Positions 52,045 through 64,000 of a stretch of DNA of 64,000 nt are shown in pieces (the stretch's first letter is position 1; the number at the start of each line of letters is the position of its first letter). The DNA comes from Octopus sinensis (Eukaryota). The stretch lies in NCBI RefSeq assembly GCF_006345805.1, contig NC_043005.1, positions 42,718,001 to 42,782,000 of the forward strand, written 5' to 3'. The notes under the pieces are model-generated. The model worked only from the letters and a program-made list of their open reading frames with translations. It made no database searches and was not told the DNA's origin. The position numbers and the translations under genes were made by a program.

Positions 52045-53590
52045 CATATAAACATATATATATACACACACACATATATGCACACATAAGTACATACCCC
52101 TCTTACACACACATATATATATATACGAAGTGCTTCTACACAATTTCCGTCTACCAAATTTTCTCAGAAGGCGTTGGTTGGCGCAAGTACCACCAAGAAA
52201 TAGTTCCGGAAGCTGAGATAATTCCAATAAGTCAACCCTCTATTTTGTGTAGCATTTAATATACACTTATTCATCTTTGTTTCTCATATACACGTCACTA
52301 AACAAACTGAGTTATTCTTCTTGGCTAATTTTTGTTTCATTTGTCCAAACACACCTTACTCTATGCATAACTCACTTCGCCTGCAAATCTTATATCACTA
52401 TTTATATAGATTTTTCAATTATTGACAATTGCTATAGATTCTTTTATTTGTTGAACCATTACCCCAGTCTTTATTAACAAAATATAATTGCTATTTTGCT
52501 GATGTCTAGAAATATTGGTGTCATCACATCCATTACTGAAAACACTTCAGCTACCACATGCTATTCATTGAATTTCATTAGGAAAGGTTAATGAAATGTT
52601 ATAATGGGTTAATGAACTCATTTCTTCAGTTGCAAATATTTTCTTGTTCAATTTACTTCTTATATTTCTCATGATAAAAACAAGCTGCGCTGAACATGTC
52701 GCCATTGCAAATACCGACGAATAACACCAGAAACAAAGGTGAAAATGTCTTAGAATTTGCGTATCGCTTGTTCGGAGAAAAAAATACAAGAATTATATTA
52801 TCCTCTCTCACATTACTTGGAAACATATGAAATATTAGACTTGAAAAAAAAATAGGGTTTGATTTATTACAAATAATTCCAACAGAAAATAGTCCAGGTG
52901 CTTTCATAAAAGCAAAAAAGATTCTTCATGTTAATTAAACAAATGTTGGAATTGCTGATGGCGTTTTTTTGCAGATGTTATTTCTTTAAAGATTATCTTC
53001 CTAATGGGAAAAACAAACTTTTGCCATCAATTACTAAATATGTTAGTGTTGCTGGTTCGCTGCTATATGATTTATATTCAACAATTTTTTTTCTCCCGAC
53101 AAACATACCAACACATTATACTGAAATAACTATTTTGATAAATTCTAATAAATAATTTAAGTATTCTTTCCTCTAATTAAATTTTCAGTTTCTATGGTTT
53201 CTTTATTCAAAGCTGATTTCTTTTTTGTCGAAACACAAAAGATCCTTTATTTTAGTGGACAGAGAAGAAATAAAAAAGTTTTTGTTATTTTTTTTCTTCT
53301 GGTAATAAAACTTGCGGTCAGGGATAACTTGGCTTCAGTACGAAATCAAAACAATTGTAAGTACGTCCATTTAATATATCACCCACCAACTTTCTTACTA
53401 ACTATTAGAGGATATTATTGTTTGCTTTTTTACTTAAAAAATCATAGTATTTATGTCACTGAATATTTTTAGCTAATACAGAAAAAGTTTTCCTTATATC
53501 AGAACAAACGCAAACATGTTTGTACTTTGTTACTCAAATCCAACAGAGGACGATGTTGAGGGTTATATTTTAGATAAATATAACAATGAG

Positions 53591-53895
53591 GTGAAAGCGC
53601 ATGACTCAGTGGTTAGAGCATCAGATTCACAATCATGAGATAGTGAGTTCGATATAAAGTGTCTTGAGCAACACACTTTATTTCAACTTACTTTACTCCA
53701 CTCAGATACGACGTAACTGGTACCAAGCTGCATCGGCCTTTCCCTTGGATAACATCAGTGGCTTGGAGACGGGAGGCTGGTATGCATGAATGACTGCTAG
53801 CCTTCCATAAACAACCTCACTCAGGCTTGGGCCTTGGAAGGTAACTTTCTAGGTGCAATCCCATGGTCATTTATGACTGAAGGCAGTCTTTACCC
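53591..53895 (+). mobile_element. SINE-C-type head with a third tail type
   Basis: gcgcatgactcagtggttagagc, gagttcgat, gtcttgagcaacacactttatttca, tail ggtaactttctaggtgcaatcccatgg. Confidence 0.78.
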
Positions 53896-55100
53896 TCTTT
53901 ATTTTTTAATAATGAAGTGTTAACGCTCAACCAGCGTTGTACTGAGAAGTAAAAAATCTACGGCTTCCATTGTCAAAACAGCTCAGAAATGTATAAGTAT
54001 TGTTCTTCTGTTAATGGAATGATGCAAAATATGCATATTTATACATTATGTAGCGTTATGCGACCAACACAGTATCGGTTGATTTAAAGCATTATGCATG
54101 TTATATTGGCCGAAGGTATTTGTAGCTCTCTGTCTATGTACATCTTTCATATAAAACGCATTTGTCAACTGGGCATACAATCTTGAGTAGAATTATGAAA
54201 TGCAGATGAGATCAAACTAGAGCGAAACGTGTTCATATTTGTTGCTTGCTTGCACATTACCAGATTTTTTACCAAAGCAGGGAAATTAAGTTTGAGAGAT
54301 TAATTTTTAATTTGTTGATATTATCTCTTATTTTTCTTTGAGAATTGCTAACAAAAGTGCCGCAAAAGTTTTGTTTCTTTCTTCAGCAAATTGAGAAATT
54401 TCAATTAATTAAGATTTTTTTTTTTTTGTACGTCAGTGAGTATAATACCTTTTAGCGTATTTTGTACACTATGTTCCCATTCCTCATACAAAATAACACA
54501 TCACAGTAGAATAACAAGTCTTTAGATACTATTTTACATATTTACTCTCTAGTTTTAGACATCTTTATCGTAAATGAAATATACTCGAAGAAACGTACTT
54601 GATGTTTTGGTCACTGTGAGCTGTGTTTTTAGGTATGCGATGATGTAAAGCTACCAAAATATTTTTCATTATACAGCTGGATGCAAATATGATGCATATG
54701 TTTATTTGTAAGCATATGTTAGTAAAATCTTTTGAGGCTACGAGAAATGGGGTGGGGAGAGGAAGAAGCAATAATATTAACGGAAACTTTTCATTGGATA
54801 TTTTCCCAGCGGTTTCTTAATCAGTAAATTATTTAATCAAATATTAACCAAGCGCTAATTAATAGAGACATAATTAGGTCGAATGGTGAATCTTTTTAGT
54901 CCCATTTCTTTATACTTGACATACAAATAAGATATACAAAATACTTCTGGTGGAGTAAAGTTTAAGAAACAAAATTATTTCTAATTAGGGTAATTAATTT
55001 TATTGCCTGCATGGGTTGATACATTTTACAAAATATTTAACAAGACGAAATGTTTCCATTGAAAAGGCTTTGAAGCTGAATGTAAGATATAAGAGAAGTA

Positions 55101-55273
55101 CAGGGGTGACTGTGTGGTAAGTAGTTTGCTTCTTAACCATATGGTTCCGGGTTCAGTCCCACTGCGTTGCACTTTCGGCAAGTATCCTCTATTATAGACC
55201 TGGGCCAACCAAAGCCTTGTGAGTGGATTTGGTAGACAGAAACTAAAACAAGTCCACCATATATCTATATCTA

Positions 55274-55364
<91 letters not shown>

Positions 55365-55635
55365 TTATCTATCTATGTATATATCTATCTATCTACACAT
55401 GCATATGCGTATGTGTGCGCGCGCGCATCTTTGCGTCTGTGTCTGTCCCCGACCACTGCTTGTCGACCAGTGTTGGTTTAAGTCCCCGTAACTCAGCAGT
55501 TGGGCAAAAGTGGCCGATAGAATAAGTACCATTCTTTTTTAAAAAAATGACTAGGGCTAATTCATTTGACTAAAATTTCTTGAAGGGAGTGCTCTAGCAT
55601 GGCCGCAATCTAATGACTGAAACAAGTAAAAGATA
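55101..55635 (+). mobile_element. SINE-B, full length with internal (CTAT)n
   Basis: Head, core, internal microsatellite and tail aatgactgaaacaagtaaaag. Confidence 0.9.
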
Positions 55636-56409
55636 ACGATTTTTAAAACTATATTTTAATGCAATTTATATATTTCAATTCATAAGACCGGATATATTAG
55701 ATTACCGGAACAAAAGTAGGAGTAATCTACAAGCGAGAGCATAATGTATTTTCATTACAATATTTTTCAAGCAGATTAGCCATCCATAATAATAGAAGCG
55801 AAATTCTGTCCGTCCGTCTGGGACCACTGTTTCTCAGTCTACATTTGCTTTACATAGACATATACTTTTTGGAATCAGAATGATCCTGGAACTGAAAATC
55901 TGTCCTTCATTTGGTTCCTGAACATCCAGTATTGGAATCTTATTTAAAAGCATTTGGGTTACTATTTCTAGCTTGGCTGGTTCACGCCATCCTGGTTGGC
56001 GTATGTTAGATGACCCTGGAGATCAAGGAGATGATAAAGGACATTGGCTTCGTTAACTTTACATCGAGATAAGAACTCAGAGACAGATTAGCCAACGGTT
56101 GGAATCCAAATTGAGACTTGAACAATAGAATCATTGTATTACGGCAATACTTCTCATCCGTCCTTAATCTCCGATCAAACACCATCACGACATATTGTTA
56201 TTATAGATGTATTATAGTCATGTTATTTAGCTATCTTCAGTTTTGGGCCGCAGGCCCAATTAGCCCTCCGCAGTACCTTAGCCTGAAAGTCCACACGAAG
56301 AGCGGCTTTTAAGTTAGTTCATGATAACTGTAGTACTGCTTCAAAGGGGATTTTATTTTTCATCTTTGATTTTGTAAAATACTTTTAAATATGAAATCAA
56401 CAAGATGTA

Positions 56410-56690
56410 AATGGCGGTGCTCCAGCATGGCCACAGCTCGTGAGCTGAAACTAGATAAAATATTTTTTTAAAAATAAGATTATCAAGTTTATTAATCAGT
56501 TTATTATTAATTTTACTAGACTTGGTGGCGTGGTAAGAAGCTTGCTTCTCAATCACATGATTCTTGGTTCAGTCCGACTGCAGGGTACACTGGGCAAGTG
56601 TCTTCTACCATAGCGGCGGGCCGACCAAAGCCTTGTGAGTGGTTTTGATAGACAGAAACTTTAAGAAGCCCACCGTATATATATATATAT
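56410..56690 (+). mobile_element. SINE-B tail fragment (56410-56460) and 5' part (56522-56690)
   Basis: ggcggtgctccagcatggcc, then ggcgtggtaagaagcttg..gggcaagtgtcttc. Confidence 0.85.
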
Positions 56691-57102
56691 ATATACAAAT
56701 TGAGATAGGGGTTGTAAATGCAACCCTCCATGGGATAACTTATATCCAATATACTGCTAGTGATGTACCCAACAAAGTTAATACATAAATGTTAAGAATT
56801 GCGATACAATTAATTCATTTATTGTATTATATGGGCAAAGGTAAAATGTTTTACCACAAATTCATAATACAAAATAAGAAAATGGAGAAATACATCGAAA
56901 TCAAATATCAATTACCAGATAATACTCAATCACATACTTTATTAAACCACCACATAAGAAACTATAAGGTTAAACATAATAATGTAGGGTAAAACAGTGT
57001 ACGTGAAGGAGTGTACATAAAATAGTAATGTTATACAATAAGTAGAATACGTACAATAGAAAATATATATAAGTACACATAAATATAAATATAGACTATA
57101 TC

Positions 57103-57225
57103 TTACAGTTGTTTCGGCCATGTAGATAAGCATGTCTCATTTAACTTATATTAGCCATTTATGGTAGGTCAAAATGTAGTTATAAATGAGACATTTACAA
57201 AAAATAACCTAAGGCCTCTTTGGAG
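57103..57225 (-). ncRNA. Hammerhead ribozyme with large stem-II insertion, mutated core
   Basis: CCAAAGA-GGCC...GGCC-GAAA-CAACTG-TA. Confidence 0.5.
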
Positions 57226-58792
57226 ATTACAAATTAGATTACATACATACTTATATAGGTGAGGGTACATACCCATAATAAAACATATACATATACATAT
57301 GAGTGCATCTACTCATACTCCTATACATATAAATATACATATACATAATGATATAAATAATATAAATTAATAAACATACATATGCTCCACATTCAATGTT
57401 ACAGTTTTTCAACTTAATGTTGTGATAATTACAACGTAGAAAGACATACACATATTAATACCTAAATGCAGATATAGAGAGTCAAGATTACATTCTATTA
57501 GTTCTTATTAATTTCCAAAATGTCATTAATGCTAGCATCATTATCATTGTCGTTACCACTAATGCTACCAATATCATCATTCATATTATTATTAATAACG
57601 CTAATACTAGAGAAACAATACATAAATCCATTATTAGCAATATAGTCACAATAGTATTACAATACCATGCAAAGTGTTAGATATCTGCATATACATACGA
57701 AATATGAAGTACCAGCATTCTGTTTATACTACATTAAGATCCACAGGTACACATATGTAAGTCCGATTTTAAGTTTATAATTTTCCTTCTGACATAAATA
57801 CACTATTATTTCAGAAATAATTACGGATCTAGCGCTAAATTATGATTGGCCTGTGGATTTGAATTTAAATTACCATTGTCTTTCCTACGGTTGGTTTGTT
57901 GATAGCTTTAGGTTTCTACCACACTAGCGTAGGCAAGGGAAAATCTATACCAACATTTGTACACATACACGCGCACATATACATATATACTCTCATGCAC
58001 CATGTTTGCAAATATTCGCATATACTTATATACACATTCAAATATGCATTTGCGTCCTCATACGCATAAGAAAAACATATACATATATATCCAACCATGA
58101 ATATACATATCCATACAAAAACATACATACACATGTATATACATATGAATACATTCCGACATATCCACATATATTTACTAATTTACTAATCATATGTCTG
58201 TCATCGAGTGGCGTATAGATAAGCCAGCGCAGGCAGGGAAAGCTATAGCAGCGTTTATACACTCACACACACACTCACACGCACATCCGCACATATGTAT
58301 AAACATTAATACACTCCCATATACTGTATCTGCAGACATTCGCATATACATATATACACATTCAAATATATACATGCGCACCCATACGTATAAGAAAAAT
58401 ATATATATATATATCCACCCATGAATACACATATACATACAAAAACATACATACACATATATATATATACACATATGGATACATTGCGACCCATAAACAT
58501 GAATACATTTTCATGTACTGTGTTTGCAAATATTTGCATAAACATATATACATATTCAAATACGTACTTGCGTACTCATATGCATAAGAACAACATATAC
58601 CCTTATATCCATCTATGAACATATATATACATACAAACACATACATACACATACATATATATATGAACACATTTCGACATTTCTACTTATATTTACTAAA
58701 TTACAAGATATATGACTGTCCATCAAATGACGTATACATGCATACACAATAAGTAAGCAGAAATTACTATTAATTAAGATATGAGTAAATTA

Positions 58793-58919
58793 ATCTCCGA
58801 AGAGGCCTTAGGATGTTTTTGTAAATGCCTCATTTATAACTACATATTGACCTACCATAAATGGCTAATATAAGTTAAATGAGACATGCTCATCTACATG
58901 GCCGAAACAGCTGTAAAAT
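58793..58919 (+). ncRNA. Hammerhead ribozyme with large stem-II insertion, U4C core variant
   Basis: CCGAAGA (58797-58803)-GGCC...GGCC-GAAA (58904-58907)-CAGCTG-TA. Confidence 0.55.
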
Positions 58920-59146
58920 ATAGTCTATATTTATATTTATGTGTACTTATATTTATTTTCTATTGTACGTATTCTACTTATTGTATAACATTACTATTTT
59001 ATGTACACTCCTTCGTGTACACTATTTTACCCTACATTATTATGTTTAACCTTATAGTTTCTTATGAGGTGGTTTAATAAAGTATGTGATTGAGTATTAT
59101 CTGGTAATTGATATTGATTTCGATGTATTTCTCCATTTTCTTATTT

Positions 59147-59201
<55 letters not shown>

Positions 59202-59299
59202 CATATATATATAATATATATATGTGTGTGTGTGTGTGTGCGTGCGTGCGTGTATGTATGTGTATGTGTATGTGTGTGTGCGTGTATGTGTGTGTGTGT

Positions 59300-59500
59300 G
59301 TGTGTACGTGTCTTTGTCCCCACCACTGGCATTGGTGTGTTTACGTACACGTAATATATCGGTTCGGCAAAAGTAACCGATAGAATAAATTACCAGGCTT
59401 TATAAAATAAGTCCAAAGGCCGATTTATTCGATTAAAACCCTTTAAGGCGGTGCCCCACGAAGGCCACAATAAAAAATGGCTGAAACAAGTAAAAGATAA
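59300..59500 (+). mobile_element. SINE-B 3' part
   Basis: gtctttgtccccca, cggttcggcaaaa, aaggcggtgccc, ctgaaacaagtaaaag. Confidence 0.82.
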
Positions 59501-59978
59501 TTGATGAAAGATATTACCGTAATAATTTTGCTACTTGCAGCTATTTAAGGTTTCGATGGCTGCCTGGATTGATTCATTGTATTTCATAATTACCCTGCAG
59601 CAGATATCAGTTGTCTATATTTTAATCTTGAGGTGGAAGTTTTCGGATGGTTTGTCTTATGAATAAAAGATGCTTTATAACCAGCAGAAGATAAATGTTT
59701 GAGCAACATAATACTACAGCCTTAGTTGACCGAATCAATTGAGGGTTACCGGCACGAACTATATACTGAACTCTCATTGACCAAATCCACCGTTATGTAA
59801 ATTCTGAGAGTACAGTTTAGATTATAACTGGTTTGATGGCTTGCTTTATTGAATTTTTATAACATAGTATAAATATAATGTGAATAGGAATAAGTTTATC
59901 TTGTCTCAGATGCACAAAAAAAGAACAATATGTTTAAAGATGTGACATGTGAGTTTATGCCAATAGTTGATCTGATAT

Positions 59979-60214
59979 TTAAGGCGGCGAGCTGGCAGAA
60001 CCGTTAGCATGCCGGGCGAAAAGCTTAGCAGTATTTCGTCTACCGCTACGTTCCGAGTTCAAATTCCGTCGAGGTTGACTTTGCCTTTCATCCTTTCGGG
60101 GTCGATAAATTAAGTACCAGTTACGCACTGGGGTCGATGTAATAGACTTAATCCGTTTGTCTGTCCTTGTTTGTCCCCTCTATGTTTAACCCCCTTGTGG
60201 GTAATAAACAAATA
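59979..60214 (+). mobile_element. SINE-A monomer with 14-bp target-site duplication
   Basis: AGTTGATCTGATAT at 59965-59978 and 60215-60228. Confidence 0.93.
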
Positions 60215-61139
60215 AGTTGATCTGATATGTTACATCTGTGCTCTATTTCTCAAAATGTTATTGAATGCGGGTTGAGCATTTAAGACAATAGGTGAGAGCA
60301 TGCATGCATAAATTGTTGAAAGTAAACTTATGAAGAATTTATCAAGAAACTACTTCTGCAGACAAACACTTACTAAAAGAAAGATACGTTAGAAATTGCC
60401 TGCATCACTTATTGTAAACCTGAGTTACTTCAGTCCGATGGCCATGTCAGATTTAAATGATAAATTAAACTTCTCACTATTCAGGAAAATAATAGGCAAT
60501 ATAATATAGACACAGAGAATTTTCAGACATTATTCCAATAATTGAAATAACTTGGCAAAACGGTAGATCATTGGCTTCTTTCGAAATAAATGATGTATAA
60601 AGAACTGCTACTGAATGACAGATCTACTTCCTTCACGTGAAAAAGTGAAAGGAAATGACATGGAATTTGCATTATAGAAAAAAAATACAAGTATGACCAG
60701 AGACAAAAGCAAATTTCAGTTAAAATATAGCCACAAAAAATTACTAAAGAAATAGATAATATATAAAAAAAATAATATTACAATCTTACAGGTGGAATTT
60801 TAAGAACTACTAAACTAAATTGATATTGCGCAAATTTTGATAGAATGTAGTTCGAAAAAATCGAGCTGAAAACAGAACTGATGCGAATAATGGATGTCTG
60901 TGAATAATAAAAGTGTTTTTAGGAAAAGAAATATGGCTAAAAATATGTCTGTGAAATAACTGCTTATAGTTTATCAATGTACACTGATGAAATGGATAGA
61001 CAATATAAACATGTGCAATACTTATAAATCATTGATAAAATCTAATATATACACTAAATACGGAGAAAGACGAGGAGGCTATGAATGGGATATGCAACGT
61101 ATTATGCATGCACACATTCACACACATGCACACATACAC

Positions 61140-61184
61140 GCATTTATAGATATATATATTTATGTATGTATGTATATACTCTGG

Positions 61185-61222
<38 letters not shown>

Positions 61223-61332
61223 ATACTCTGTATATATATTTACATATATATATATCTTTGTACATATATGTGGGTATATATATATGTACATATGTGAATG
61301 TGCGTATATGTATATTTATATATATATATATA

Positions 61333-61387
<55 letters not shown>

Positions 61388-61751
61388 GTATGTGGTATAT
61401 TTATATATATAATACGTATATATATGTTGTATATATATGTATTATATAAATGTATATATATATGCATATATAAGTATATATACATATACATAATATATGT
61501 ATATATGCGTATATATATGTATATAAATATTTATATACATTCATACTGTATTTATATATATATATATATATTATATATATGTATATATATGTATATATGT
61601 GTGTATATATATGTATATATGTATGTATATATAGATATATGTATATATTCATATATACATATGTATGTATATATATATGAATATATATGTATGTATATAA
61701 TGTATATATATATATATTATATATATATAATATGTTATATATATATATATA

Positions 61752-61785
<34 letters not shown>

Positions 61786-61920
61786 CATGTATATATATGT
61801 ATATATGCATGTATATATGTATTTATATTATATATATATGATATATGGATTTATATATTTTTATGTACATATATATATGCATGTATGTATATATATGTAT
61901 ATATATGTATATATATATTA
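61140..61920. repeat. Long degenerate (TA)n/(TATG)n field
   Basis: Direct inspection. Confidence 0.95.
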
Positions 61921-61929
61921 TAGGTTATA

Positions 61930-62404
61930 AAATGAGATAGGGGTTGAAAATTCAACCCACCATGGGATAATATATATCCAATATACTGCTAGATAGGTAC
62001 CCAACAAAATTAAAACATAGATGTTAAAAATTGTCAAACAATCAGTTCATCTATTATTGAGGCACAATTATAATTTTGAAGGACTAATTGTAGCATAGTT
62101 GCTTCCCTTTTTGTTTATCTATGTGCTAGTTGTTGCTTGTAATTATGTATGTGTATAAGTGTATGCATATACATATTACTATGTGTGTATGTGCGATTGA
62201 TCTGTAGATGCGTGTGTGAATATTGGCGTTCCCTGACTAACCAACCGTATAATTTTCTTTTGTGATTTAAATTTCAAACCAATAGCCAATCGAATTAATC
62301 TATAGTTTCTTTACCTAGTGGTCAGCATTTCTTAACTCATAGTTATTTCGATCTTGTAAGGATGGACTTGGTGCTAACTTAACTGTATCTATTTTTTATT
62401 AATA

Positions 62405-62453
<49 letters not shown>

Positions 62454-63110
62454 AGTAATTTTTATTAACTTTTATAGCTTTAGAATCTTATGAACTGTAC
62501 CACGGATTAAAAGATTATTTTTCATCTCCATATATGTTAGCCTTTTTTTTTTTTTTTATATAAAAAAAACTATTAGCCAAATATGTATAATATCGGTACT
62601 TATTGATATTAATATACACTATTATATATTTTGTTTTATTTTGTTCTTTTACCTTCCTTTTTGTAAAAAGTGTGTATTATATTATATAAGTGTAGCTTTA
62701 TGATGTATAAGTTTTTATATTTACATTTTTATATTTTTATATTTATATGTATATGATTGTATAATATTTTTCACTATTATAACAAATTTAATTTAATTCT
62801 CTGAAGAGGCCGTGGGATCCTTTGTTAATGCCTCATTTATACCTGCCTTTATGGCTTATAGGTTAAATGAGGTATGACTGTCCTCACTGCCGAAACAGCT
62901 GTCAGTTTTGATTTATTTGCATATTATATTTGAAAATTTTTTACTTATATCTCTTTATCTTGTTACTATTACTGTATATCTCATTTCATTTTATGTATTG
63001 CCTTTACTCATATGTAATGGTGTATTAAAGTATGGATTGAGTATCATCGGATAGTTGATGTTTTACTGATTTAAGTATATTTCTCCATTCTCTAATTTTG
63101 TAGTTATATA
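61930..63110 (+). mobile_element. Diverged second member (copy B) of the HHR-bearing non-coding element, opposite orientation to copy A
   Basis: 61930-62050 matches 56697-56830, 62230-62310 matches the reverse complement of 57830-57895, and 62790-63110 matches the HHR arm 58791-59151. Confidence 0.7.
62797..62907 (+). ncRNA. Type I hammerhead ribozyme with intact core and ~85-nt structured stem-II insertion
   Basis: CTGAAGA (62801-62807)-GGC...GCC-GAAA (62892-62895)-C-AGCT-G-TC. Predicted cleavage after C62903. Stem I is weak. Confidence 0.65.
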
Positions 63111-63605
63111 TATATTATATATATATATATACATGCATGTATATATATGTATATATGGATATACGTATATATGTATATATATGGATTTATATATTTTTAT
63201 GTACATAAATATATATATATGTATATATATGTATGTATATATATGTATATATATATGTGTATGTGTATATATATATGCAAGTAGATATATATGTATGTAT
63301 GTATATATATGTATATGTGTATAGATATGTATGTATATACATATATGTTTGTGTATATATACGTGTGTGTGTGCATGCATATATATGTATATGTATGTAT
63401 ATGTACATATATATCTACCGAATATATAAATATATACACTGTAAATATATACAGAGAGAGGGGACAAACGAAAGAAAAAGGCACTCAACACATTTACATG
63501 GAATTACATATATTACTTAATATAGTTTGATTCGCCTCCATTTGGCTTCAGGCTTCGCAGGCTTCTAACACCATATATATATATATATCTATAATATATA
63601 TATAT

Positions 63606-63662
<57 letters not shown>
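63110..63662. repeat. (TA)n/(TG)n-rich simple repeats
   Basis: Direct inspection. Confidence 0.9.
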
Positions 63663-63676
63663 AACAAAGCAGATAT

Positions 63677-63930
63677 GCCTTTAGTCTTGACGTTGTCTCA
63701 ATGTACACAGCGGTGCCAGCACTCTCGGTAGGCAACCTATTGAACGACTGCATAACAGCGTCCGACATCCAATTCTTCGGACTTACCGCTGCTGATATAC
63801 ATCAACTTTTGTCCATCATCGTGGACAGCACCTACTTCTCTTTCCAGGACCACATATACAAACAACCAACAGGTACCCTCATGGGATCCGGTCTCTCAGA
63901 CACTTTATGCATTAATACATTCATGCATCC
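63677..63930 (+). pseudogene. PLE RT fragment
   Basis: FSLDVVSMYT and DIHQLLSIIVDSTYFSFQDHIYKQPTGTLMGSGLS match PLE RT motifs (SLDVxSLYT, YFxFxxxxYKQxxGxPMGSxLS). Confidence 0.75.
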
Positions 63931-64000
63931 ATATAGTAAAATCTCGTTTCATCCGATCTTATATACATATAATACACATTCTCACTTTTTACTCATAACT

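Larger units (their letters stand above)
56697..59151 (-). mobile_element. Non-coding element with ~360-bp inverted arms carrying HHR motifs (putative non-autonomous PLE derivative), copy A
   Basis: 56867-57229 is the reverse complement of 58791-59151. Each arm has a hammerhead-like GA-GGCC...GGCC-GAAA-CA(G/A)CTG-TA. Both ends abut (TA)n. Confidence 0.75.

Noticed and set aside
52653-52907. ORF with a signal-peptide-like LFLVLFVGICNG
   Set aside because: It is internal to the ORF with no adjacent Met, and there is no further support.
55780-55900. Possible Helitron 5' end (A|TCCATAATAATAGAAG..CTGTCCGTCCGTC)
   Set aside because: No matching 3' hairpin plus CTRR found nearby.

Overview
AT-rich eukaryotic DNA made mostly of microsatellites and transposon debris. 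The (TA)n/(CA)n/(TACA)n/(TCTA)n load and the tRNA-derived SINE families point to a coleoid cephalopod, most likely Octopus (inference from memory, not a search result). No host protein-coding exon was recognised, and most ORFs in the track are simple-repeat or SINE artefacts. The window holds at least four tRNA-headed SINE families (my labels A-D), four decayed Penelope-like element (PLE) coding fragments, RTE/LINE fragments, a full-length dead mariner (13915-15131), a non-autonomous Helitron and a Tigger-like MITE. The most interesting signals are several hammerhead-ribozyme (HHR) motifs, including one with an intact core and an ~85-nt structured stem-II insertion (62797-62907). That HHR type belongs to a non-coding element family with long inverted arms (56697-59151 and 61930-63110). 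Also notable are head-to-tail SINE multimers and several long inverted repeats that could form dsRNA. All alignments and folds were done by eye; boundaries are approximate unless a TSD or TIR is quoted.
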